Below, piece after piece: positions 22,908-33,800 of a stretch of 64,000 nucleotides of DNA. The position numbers were made by a program, and so were the translations under genes. Source of the DNA: Takakia lepidozioides. Lineage: Eukaryota; Plantae; Bryophyta. The stretch covers positions 53,320,001 through 53,384,000 of the forward strand of contig CM060732.1 in the NCBI GenBank assembly GCA_030704615.1, in the 5' to 3' direction. The notes under the pieces were generated by a model. That model saw nothing but the letters and a program-made list of their open reading frames with translations. It had not been told where the DNA came from and did not search any database. Position 1 is the stretch's first letter; each line of letters starts with the position of its first letter.

Positions 22908-25900
22908 ATGGAGAAATATCTGTGCGTTCGATACCACCTGAAACCGGGGTCGGTTTTTTTGGAGGAGAAAGGAAGGACTCAAACCGGCCTTGCCTTGTTG
23001 TCGAGAGTATTGTTGTGCTCCACGATGATTTCGGCGATGGCAGGGAATGGCGAGTTCCACCATCGGACAGCGTCATATACAGGGGCTGTTGGGGACTTCA
23101 TTTGCCCGCCAAATGCACCGTCTATCCTGGCGCCTTCCACGAAACAATCGCGAATCAGAGAGTGGGTACCTCAAAGAGAGAAGTCCGCAACGAAGTAAAT
23201 CCAGAGCCGAACCCATCTATGAAGACGACCGAGAACCGGTTGTCACCACCTGTCCGACTCAGACGAGGTCATGGAAGTTCCGAGGTCGTCCTGGAGATCA
23301 GGCAAGTCCTCAATGGACGTCAGTGGAGGAGGGAGTCATATTCCCAGCACGAGCACCGCAGTTCGATCTATTCTAGAAATTCTGCGAGGGCTTCACCTGG
23401 AGGGGACACCGGTCGGAGCTGGCCGGGCTGGACTACTACAGCAAGTTCGCAATTAAATCGGTTACATGCCTTCCCGCCGACGTTGACGGTAATGTCTTCT
23501 TTGAGTTCCCTCCTCGGGGCCGGACTACTCGAGGGCGTCCGGAATGTTGACAGATATGGATAGAAACATGACGGTCATCCTTGGTGCGTTACCAAAAACC
23601 ACCAGCATGAAGATGCTTGATGGTGTGCGGGTGCGCTACGTTGTTTGTGCGGGCGCGTTGCGGTGTTTCCTCCCCAACTTGCTTCCACTTTTAAATCCAG
23701 AGGTCACAGGAACGAGACCGATTGGACAGGCACAGCTCACCAACCATTTCGAGCTCAGGAGAAGGTTCCGAACTCCACATTTAAGTGTGCGCATTGCAAA
23801 GAACCACCACACTGCATGTCTGTTTGTAATGCCAAGCAGTTCTATGTGTTGCACCGTTCTTTCCCTGACCTCACCGAGCTTGCATACACGTTGGTTCCCA
23901 TTGTCACAAATTGGCGAGGGGGAACTCGCGGGAGGCTGCCCACGAGCAGAGCAGCTCGTTCAGGAGGAGAGTTAAGTTGAGACCGGGTGCCAAACCCAAA
24001 CAGATACAGCTCCAAGCCGCCCATAAGATGGCATTGGCCAGAATTATGTCGGAAGACGGCTCGGATAGAGTTCCTCTCGACGAGAAGGAAATGGAGGCAT
24101 TGCTAGAGTCGGTGTCCCACGTATGTTCACGAATGTCCGAAACCACATTGTCTCATGCAAACAGAAAATTGGGCGTGGCTCGGATATGCACTCCATTCTG
24201 GAGGTGAAGCGACGATGTGGATATGACTACATTCATGGAAGTAGGTTTCCAGGACAAGGGACTGAGGCAGATCGTTGTTCGTATTCAAAATGTCCACGTG
24301 TGGACCTGGCAGTGGCGTCGAACTGGTCGACAGGATGACGAGTGGGAACTTGTCAAACAGTTGGGTCAATGTCCACGTGTGGACCTGGCAGTTGGCGTCG
24401 AACTGGTCGAACAGGATGACGAGTGGGAACTTGTCAAACAGTTGGGTCATGTTCGACCATATCAAGCGAATTACAAATCACCAGTGGGTGACAATGGGTG
24501 CACATGTCTACGACACCACTGCAGGATGCTAATGACAATTGCTATTTGTGAGATGAAAGGAGAGGACACACAATCGGAGAATGCTTCTTTGGCAGGGAAT
24601 AAACGAACAGATGGCCAAGGCGGGATTGCCCCCTCCCAATTTCCGTGGTTTCATGGCGGACAACGCACAAGCAAATTGGGCTGCCATCCGAAGGGTGTAC
24701 GGGTAAGACCCCAATGTCCCATGGAAGGCAAGGAGAGATCTTGTGGGTTCCACTTTCTGCAGAGCCTTTCGCAGTACACAACCAGGCTCGTGGCGCCAGA
24801 TTTCAGAGAGGAGCACCGTTCCATGTGCCTTGCGTGGAAGCGCGCTCCCACCTGGATGATGCAGAGACACAGTTTGCATGCATACGGGCTTGGTGGACAT
24901 CGTCAGGTGCTGTAAGGAAATCAGACGAAAGGAGCAATGGTCAGTTGGCTAGCATGGTGGCATTATCGTTTCCTCCAGTTCGGCGACTATATGCGGGAGG
25001 TGAGTTGCACGAATTCGCGTCCCGTTGGATATTATTCTTGGCCATATTTGTAACTTGCTTGTAACCTCAACATGTGCTGTGCAGGAAATGTGTCTCGACT
25101 CCGACACCGACATGCCCACGACAAACATGGCCGAATCAGTGCACTCTTCCTGGCGTGCCCTCCTCTGCGGCGCATCTGGTGGACATCCTCACTGCCACAA
25201 CGGAGGACATTGTGAGGTCAATTATGCAGCAATGCAGGTACAACGAGTTCTTGAAAGGGAAACAGTGGGGCTTGGGGCCGGACAGGCAGGAAATGCTGAT
25301 GCGGACTGCCTCCAGATCGAAGAATCCTCGGAAGTGGGCGGCGGCCTTGCGAGAGGGCCTTCGGGACACGCCATTGCTGCGAAGAGGCCAACATTTGGAA
25401 GGAGATGTTCATACCCGTCCAGTGAGACGAAGACTTGACGAGGCACCTGGCGGAGAAGAGGATCATGGCGAGCTGACAAGAATATTCGCACGCTCCCTCG
25501 TGGTCCGGTGATGTTGTCTGAGGAGGTCTCGTCGAGCACCGGAAGTCCTGCACGTTCAAGATCGCCATCTCCTTTGAGCACAGGGCGCGTGCCCGGCAAC
25601 ATAACGAGCCATCTGTAGTAAAGCAATACAACATTCCCATTGTGGAGACAAGAGTGTCGGAGTCACAGTGGAAGAAAATTGCGAGGACATTGCCGGCATT
25701 TCGAGGGAAGTGTTGCGCCATCCGGGTGGATACGAGAGCACGCTGTGGTGAGATGATTCGGAGGAACCCACCACGGTGCTTGTACCTGCACCTTGTTTCA
25801 GCGGCAGATTTTTGACTCCCACATTTGCTCACGCCACAACGCAGACATTTTGGTTCTGTAGGCACGACATAATGACCTGTGTATTTGGCAACCCAAGTAC

Positions 25901-26490
25901 GGGATTCAGGGAATGCCGGATCCTCCTCCGGGCGTCTGGCCTGTTTGCCAACCGGGTTGCAAGCTCTCTCAGATTAGGGCGGATGCTCTAAATCTGCCAG
26001 CAGGATTTCGAATGGTGCACGCAAAACATCCCGGCCCACGCATTTCCGGTTCCTCAGACCCAGCCTTGCAATACTGCTCTTTCCAGTAGAACGGATTGGA
26101 CAATTCTGCACATCCCACAATGCGATTCGGAAGAGTGAAGAGACGACACCCTCCCACGTTGAATGAGACTCGGATTGCAATGCTCTTGGGATTGGCTTGC
26201 ACTATTCAGAGCTCCGTGGACGTACCCCCACCGGCCTTGGGCGTGTGTATCGGATGGCAACGGCCGGCTCGGCTGTACGCGACGATGTATACACAATTAC
26301 GATTGGAGTGGAGCCGACTTGCAACTGTACGGACTTCTCGTTGATGGAAGCAAAGAAGGGTTCGAAGTATTATCCGTGCAAGCATCTGTATTACATTTAC
26401 CTGAAGAGGTTGAGGATGAACGTGACTATTGATGACTTTATTCATGCAACCGGCGTTGAGCGTGAACGAGCTGCACAAACTCCTCCTTAG
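22908..26490 (+). pseudogene. MULE-type DDE transposase with N-terminal GCM/WRKY-like Zn domain and C-terminal SWIM, heavily frameshifted
   Basis: DGHPW...CAGALRC...CAHC...C...HVGSHCH; FDHIKR, HVYD, GFMADNAQANW, ERSCGFH (CxxH), TTNMAESVHSSW; SWIM YTITIGVEPTCNCTDF...PCKHLYY. Confidence 0.8.
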
Positions 26491-26661
26491 GGATTCCAGA
26501 AATCATTGATGGGGCAAAGGGAATCCTCCATATGGATATTTTCAAATGCATTTTGCTGTATCAGACTTTTTTTTTTTGCAGTGTAATGAAATGCACCCCC
26601 AAAACTCCTGGAATGAGGCAATATTCCATTCAAACTGAGATCCAACAGAAGCAGTTCTGGG

Positions 26662-27100
26662 GCCATTTCTGGAAAAATGGCGCCGAAATTCTCTTTTTGG
26701 GGCCGAAAACTCGCTAAGTCCCAACATGCACTGGTACCTGTGTTTGGGAAAATGGCGCCGAATTTCTCTTTTTGGGGCCGAAAACTGGCTAAGTCCCAAC
26801 ATGCACTGGTACCGTGTCTGGAAAAATGGCGCCGAATTTCTCTTTTTTGGGCCGAAAACTGGCTAAGTCCCAACATGCACTGGTACAGTGTCTGGAAAAA
26901 TGGCGCCGAATTTCCCTATTTTGCGCCGAAAACTGGCTAAGTCCGAACATGCACTGGAAAAATGGCGCCGAATTACCTGTCATGAGGGGACCTATAGCCG
27001 CGGAATCGCACCATTTTTCGCCAGACAGACCTATTGCCGCGAAATACGCCGCCGTTTTTTCAGGTTACGGACCCTATTACCGCGAAATTCGGCGCCATAT
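26662..27100. repeat. Tandem repeats of about 74 bp containing aaaaatggcgccgaatttc
   Basis: 4-5 copies at about 26671, 26747, 26821, 26894 and 26956. Confidence 0.9.
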
Positions 27101-27850
27101 TTGCACATGTCGCTGGGAATTGGCATGAGCGGAAGACGAAATTTCATGAGCACAACTGTCAAAAGTGCAATTTTCCCTTAAAGGGGCCGAATAATATATT
27201 TGTTTTTCCTGACACATTGCATTAAATTATTTTTTTTTATTTTTTTTATTGTTTTTAATTTTCGAAATTTGTACTTCTGCTCATGAAAACCGATTGTGTT
27301 ACTACTCTGCTCATGCCGCTCATGCCGCTCATGCTCATGAAATAGCAAACCTCCATGGGGACGGTCACGGCATAAAAAAAACCACAGGGCATGCAGTACA
27401 ACACACGTGGATGCATATGTGAAGCATAACAATTATTGCGAATCTGGAAGAACTGCTCGGAATTGAAAAAGCACTACATTTCTACGGCGCATTCGAATTT
27501 GAAAGAAGGCAAGGAGGCCGCCATGTATTGGCAGGCGGCGAAGTACATCTGACATATATCGCAAATGCATGCAACGGATGTTCTTTTTCTTCGGCGCTTT
27601 ATTAGCTGGGTAATACAAAGACGACAAAATGGATGAATTCCGTTCGCACACAATATCAACACCCGCATCCAAATACGGTTGACAACGTCCATTTTTATTT
27701 TTGTTACATGCGATACCAGCACTTGTTGCAAACGTCAAACTGGAGAGCTCCAAGGGCATCGTGGGGAGCCCTTGTTTCCAGCGGAGGAGAAAGAGAAGGA
27801 AGTCATTATACTTCACGAGTTCTAGAAACAGGAATAGAGCTAGATATAGA

Positions 27851-30800
27851 ATGAGGATGGAAAGAGTGGAGGAAGAGGAAAAGGAGGAAGAAGAGGGAAT
27901 ACAGGAAAGTGTGGCGATGGAGGAGCAGGAATCTGGAGAAGAACAACAACCCACCATAGTTCCAGGAACAGGCGAGGAGGACACTGCGTCTGAGGGAGAG
28001 ACAGACGACATGGAGGAAGATGTTGACACTGGCCTCACGAACGATCTGACCACGGGAAAGAGGAAGGGGGAGAGGCTCACCTACATAGTCCGCGAAGAGA
28101 GCAGCCCGAAGCGGAAAGGGTCCCCGGCAACTGGGGAGTCTTCTCGAGTAGCTAGGAAAAAGGTAAAATCTACAGGACCCATATTTGTGAAGAATTCGGC
28201 TTTCAATGGCAGGTATTTGTGAAAGAAAGAACCATTCAGCGGCAGCTCAAACAGTGTGCGTTGCCGCACACTGTTTGAGCTGCACATGTCACTGTTTAAG
28301 GGTGCAAAATTCTTCCTTCAACGACACCTTTCTGAGGATGAAATGAACCCCGCACTGCCAGCTCAAACAGTGTGCGGCAACGCACACTGTTTGAGCAGAT
28401 CTTTTCAATGTTGTAGGGTGCAAAATTTGGCCTTGGAGTCAGTTATCTGCAGGTGAAATGAACCCTTCCCAGCCAGCCCAAACAGTGTGCGGCGCCGCAC
28501 ACTGTTTGAGCTGAACATTTCAATGTTTCTGGGTGCAAAATCTGGACTTCAGGGGCACCTTTCTGAGGATGGAATGAACCCTGCACTGCCAGCTCAAACA
28601 GTGTGCGGCAACGCACACTGTTTGAGCTGAACATTTCAATGTTTAAGGGTGCAAAATTTGGACTTCATGGGTACCTTTCTGAGGATGGAGTGAACCCTGC
28701 AATGCCAGCTCAAACAGTGTGCGGCAACGCACACTGTTTGAGCTGAACATTTCAATGTTTAAGGGTGTAAAATTTGGACTTCATGGGTACCTTTCTGAGG
28801 ATGGAATGAACCCTGCACTGCCAGCTCAAACAGTGTGCGGCAACGCACACTGTTTGAGCTGAACATTTCAATGTTTCAGGGTGGAAAATTTGAACTCCAG
28901 GGGCACCTATCTGAGGATGAAATGAACCCTACACTGTCAGCTTAAACAGTGTGCGGCAACGCATACTGTTTGAGCTGAACACTTCAATGTTTCAGGGTGC
29001 AAAATTTGGACTTCAGGGGCACCAGTTTGAGGATGAAATGAACCCTTCAATGTCAGCCCAAACAGTGTGCGGCAACGCACACTGTTTGAGCTGAACACTT
29101 CAATGTTTCAAGGTGCAAAATTTGGACTTCAGAGGCACCTCTCTGAGGATGAGATGAACCCTTCACTGTCAGCCCAAACAGTGTGCGGCAACGCACACTG
29201 TTCGACCTGAACATTTCAATGTTTCTGGGTGCAAAATTTGGTCTTCAGGGGCACCTGTTTGAGGATGAAATGAACCCTTCACTGTCAGCCCAAACAGGGT
29301 GCGGCAACGCACACTGTTTGAGCTGAGCACTTCAATGTTTCTTGGTGCAAAATTTGGACTTCAGGGGCACCTATCTCAGGATGAAATGAACAATGTGCTG
29401 CCAGCTCAATCAGTGTGCGGCAACGCACACTGTTTGAGCTGAACATTTCAATGTTTTAGGGTGCAAAATTTGGTCTTGATGTCTGTTATGTGAGGGTGAA
29501 ATGAACCCTTCACTGCCAGCTCAGACAGTGTGCGGCAACGCACACTGTTTGAGCTGAGCATTTCAATGTTTCTGGGTGGAAAATTTGAACTCCAGGGGCA
29601 CCTATCTGAGGATGAAATGAACCCTACACTGTCAGCTGAAACAGTGTGCGGCAACGCATACTGTTTGAGCTGAACACTTCAATGTTTCAGGGTGCAAAAT
29701 TTGGACTTCAGGGGCACCAGTTTGAGGATGAAATGAACCCTTCAATGTCAGCCCACACAGTGTGCGGCAACGCACACTGTTTGAGCTGAACACTTCAATG
29801 TTTCAGGGTGCAAAATTTGGACTTCAGAGGCACCTCTCTGAGGATGAGATGAACCCTTCACTGTCAGCCCAAACAGTGTGCGGCAACGCACACTGTTCGA
29901 GCTGAACATTTCAATGTTTCTGGGTGCAAAATTTGGTCTTCAGGGGCACCTGTTTGCGGATGAAATGAACCCTTCACTGTCAGCCCAAACAGTGTGCGGC
30001 AACGCACACTGTTTGAGCTGAGCATTTCAATGTTTCTGGGTGCAAAATTTGGACTTCAGGGGCACCTGTGTGAGGGTGAAATGAACCCTTCACTGCCAGC
30101 TCAGACAGTGTGCGGCAACGCACACTGTTTGAGCTGAGCATTTCAATGTTTCTGGGTGCAAAATTTGGACTTCAGGGGCACCTGTGTGAGGGTGAAATGA
30201 ACCCTTCACTGCCAGCTCAGACAGTGTGCGGCAACGCACACTGTTTGAGCTGAGCATTTCAATGTTTCTGGGTGCAAAATTTGGACTTCAGGGGCACCTG
30301 TGTGAGGGTGAAATGAACCCTTCACTGCCAGCTCAGACAGTGTGCGGCAACGCACACTGTTTGAGCTGAGCATTTCAATGTTTTTGGGTGCAAAATTTGG
30401 ACTTCAGGGGCACCTGTGTGAGGGTGAAATGAACCCTTCACTGCCAGCTCAGACAGTGTGCGGCAACGCACACTGTTTGAGCTGAACATTTCAATGTTCT
30501 AGGGTGCAAAATTTGGACTTCAGGGGCACGTCTCTGAGGATGAGATCAACCCTTCACTGTCAGCCCAAATAGTGTGCGGCAACGCACACTGTTTGAGCTG
30601 AGCACTTCAATGTTTCTTAATGCAAAATTTGGACTTCAGGGGCACCTATCTCAGGATGAAATGAACACTGTGCTGCCAGCTCAAACAGTGTGCGGCAACG
30701 CACACTGTTTGAGCTGAACATTTCCCTGTTTTAGGGTGCAAAATTTGGTCTTGATGTCTGTTATGTGAGGGTGAAATGAACCCTTCACTGCCAGCTCAGA

Positions 30801-33800
30801 CAGTGTGCGGCAACGCACACTGTTTGAGCTGAACATTTCAATGTTTAAGGGTGCAAAATTTGGTCTTTGCTGACTGTTATCTGAGGATGAAATGAACCCT
30901 TCAAAACCAGCTCAAACAGCGTGCGGCAACGCACACTGTTTGAGCAGACCTTTTCAATGTTTTAGGGTTGAAAATTTGGTCTTGATGTCTGTTATGTAAG
31001 GGTGAAATGAACCCTTCACTGCCAGCTCAGACAGTGTGCGGCAACGCACTCTGTTTGAGCTGAACACTTCAATGTTTCAGGCTGCAAAATTTGGACTTCA
31101 GGGGCACCCCTCTCAGGATGAGATGAATCCTTCACTGTCAGCCCAAACAGTGTGCGGCAACGCACACTGTTTGAGCTGAGCATTTCAATGTTTCTGGGTG
31201 CAAAATTTGGACTTCAGGGGCACCTGTGTGAGGGTGAAATGAACCCTTCACTGCCAGCTCAGACAGTGTGCGGCAACGCACACTGTTTGAGCTGAACATT
31301 TCAATGTTCTAGGGTGCAAAATTTGGACTTCAGGGGCACGTCTCCGAGGATGAGATGAACCCTTCACTGTCAGCCCAAACAGTGTGCGGCAACGCACACT
31401 GTTTGAGCTGAGCACTTCAATGTTTCTTGGTGCAAAATTTGGACTTCAGGGGCACCTATCTCAGGATGAAATGAACACTGTGGTGCCAGCTCAAACAGTG
31501 TGCGGCAACGCACACTGTTTGAGCTGAACATTTCCCTATTTTAGGGTGCAAAATTTGGTCTTGATGTCTGTTATGTGAGGGTGAAATGAACCCTTCACTG
31601 CGAGCTCAGACAGTGTGCGGCAACGCACACTGTTTGAGCTGAACATTTCAATGTTTAAGGGTGCAAAATTTGGTCTTTGCTGTCTGTTATCTGAGGATGA
31701 AATGAACCCTTCAAAACCAGCTCAAACAGCGTGCGGCAACGCACACTGTTTGATCAGACCTTTTCAATGTTTTAGGGTTCAAAATTTGGTCTTGATGTCT
31801 GTTATGTTAGGGTGAAATGAACCCTTCACTGCCAGCTCAGACAGTGTGCGGCAACGCACTCTGTTTGAGCTGAACACTTCAATGTTTCAGGCTGCAAAAT
31901 TTGGACTTCAGGGGCACCCCTCTGAGGATGAGATGAATCCTTCACTGTCAGCCCAAACAGTGTGCGGCAACGCACACTGTTTGAGCTGAGCATTTCAATG
32001 TTTCTGGGTGCAAAATTTGGACTTCAGGGGCACATTTCTGAGTATAAAATGAACCCTTCACTGTCTGCTCAAACAGTCTGCGGAACCGCACACTGTTTAG
32101 GCAGAACATATGAATATTGAAGGGCGCAACTTTCGGCCCTCATGGGCAGATATTTGAGCAGAACTTTTCAATGTTCTTTCCCTGTGAAAATCGGGAACAT
32201 AGTGCAGGTCCGTGAGGATCAATGAACACTTACCTGGCAGCTCAAAGAACACTTACCTTTTTATCCCACTTTTTCATGCATCGGTCGACGTTTCATTCCT
32301 CTCTTATAAGAATTTGAGTGAACAACCTTGCAGGAGAAAATGCAAAGTGTGGCGGATGAGGTCCCTCAGGGTCAGGGGAAGGAGACCATAGTTGATGTTG
32401 ACGATGAGTTTTATGAAAGCAAAGCCGCTGAGATGCTGGGGGGTCAAAAGGTGAACTCTCAGCTTGTGGTTCAAAGTATGCTTGCTCCTGGTGGGAGGTT
32501 GAAGATTCCCCTGTGTAGGTTGGTTTCCATGCCCGTCGTTCGTCCACCCCTTGTCAAAGACATTCTCAAGCTGGAGGCCGAGTTTGTTCATGGGTATTTG
32601 GATGGATCCACAGTCTTTTACGTTTCTACTAGGGATTCTAGAGGTAACGAGCTCCTTTTGGATGAGTCAATCGTCGACTCCTGGGACCCCATTTGGAGAC
32701 AGGTGAACGAATCCTTCGAACTTCTTCTCTCCAGGAAACCTTCCACCCAAGTATTCTCAGGGAAGATGTTTCACGTTTGGGATGGCAACCACCGGTTGCT
32801 TGCATGGATGGCTGTCATTGGGAGGCTGCACTCACAGGAGGAAGAGTGGCATTACTCTGTTCGATCGATGGTGCTTGATTGTGACGACAACATGATGGGT
32901 CTTCTGACGGCAATGAATGATGTGAACAGGTTGGTTTCTCATTGTACATGTTGCACTTCTGGTTCCGTTCTTCCTTGATTCAAGTCCTTGAATTACATTC
33001 TGAAATTCAGATATCATTCTGCAGAGGGACGGAGACATCGCATGTCAAAACGAGTCTGGTTCACACACTTTATAGGATACAAAGGATCGGGCAGATGCCC
33101 TTGACCAACTTCAAGACCATCCTTTCGGCAGAGATGTATAAGAAATGCGAAAGCTCCAAGACTTCGGAAACATGGTACTCGTTGACCCGTGAGGCTTTCA
33201 TGGAGTACATGTACACGGTGAGATACATCTTCCTTCATCTGGCCTTTCCATATTCCTGCTTCCACATGTTTGTTTCTGTCTGTCTCCCTTGACCTTGGAT
33301 TGATGCAACTCTCTTGCATTCCCTTGCAGCAAGACATTGCAGATGCAGGGGAGCGTGGCAAACTGGAATACTACAGCTCTACCCCTGAGGAGAGAAGGAC
33401 AGCAAAGGGGGTTGAAAGTCACATCCAGAAGGAGATGAACGCTACAAGAAGGACAATAATGAGTGCTTTTGTGAAGCAGTTGAGAATGGCCGACCCATCA
33501 TTCGGGCCGCAGTTTCTCCTGGAGATAAAAAAACCATTATAACAAGCCAGGCAAGCCGGAGATGGCCCAGGAGAAGTTGCACAGGTTGTCTACCGCCGTC
33601 GTGTCTTCTGAACAGAAGGTGAAGTGGCTACAGATATGGAACTCCGATCCCACAGTTAGGGATACCCACATGTTCCCAAGGCCAGAGAAGGAGAAGAAGA
33701 CCCAGCGTGTCGTTCCTGTCAGTGACAATGTGCTGGACACCTGGCTTCACAAGGCCACTTACTGGAGCCAGGTGTGATGTCCTCTTGTATCTCACTTTCT

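Larger units (their letters stand above)
21434..27177 (+). mobile_element. Mutator-like (MULE) DNA transposon with inverted subterminal GGCGCC arrays; left terminus probably in the gap
   Basis: Transposase fragments flanked by GAAATTCGGCGCC repeats (left) and GGCGCCGAATTTC repeats (right); candidate right end reads GGGAAAATTGCACTTTTGAC on the minus strand. Confidence 0.65.

Noticed and set aside
27433-28080. Ser-rich antisense ORF (likewise 53182..53478 and 50548..50847 on the minus strand)
   Set aside because: Shadows of Glu-rich sense exons
28243-32250. CRISPR array (palindromic repeat plus spacer)
   Set aside because: Spacers are variants of one sequence rather than unique; no cas genes; eukaryotic intronic context
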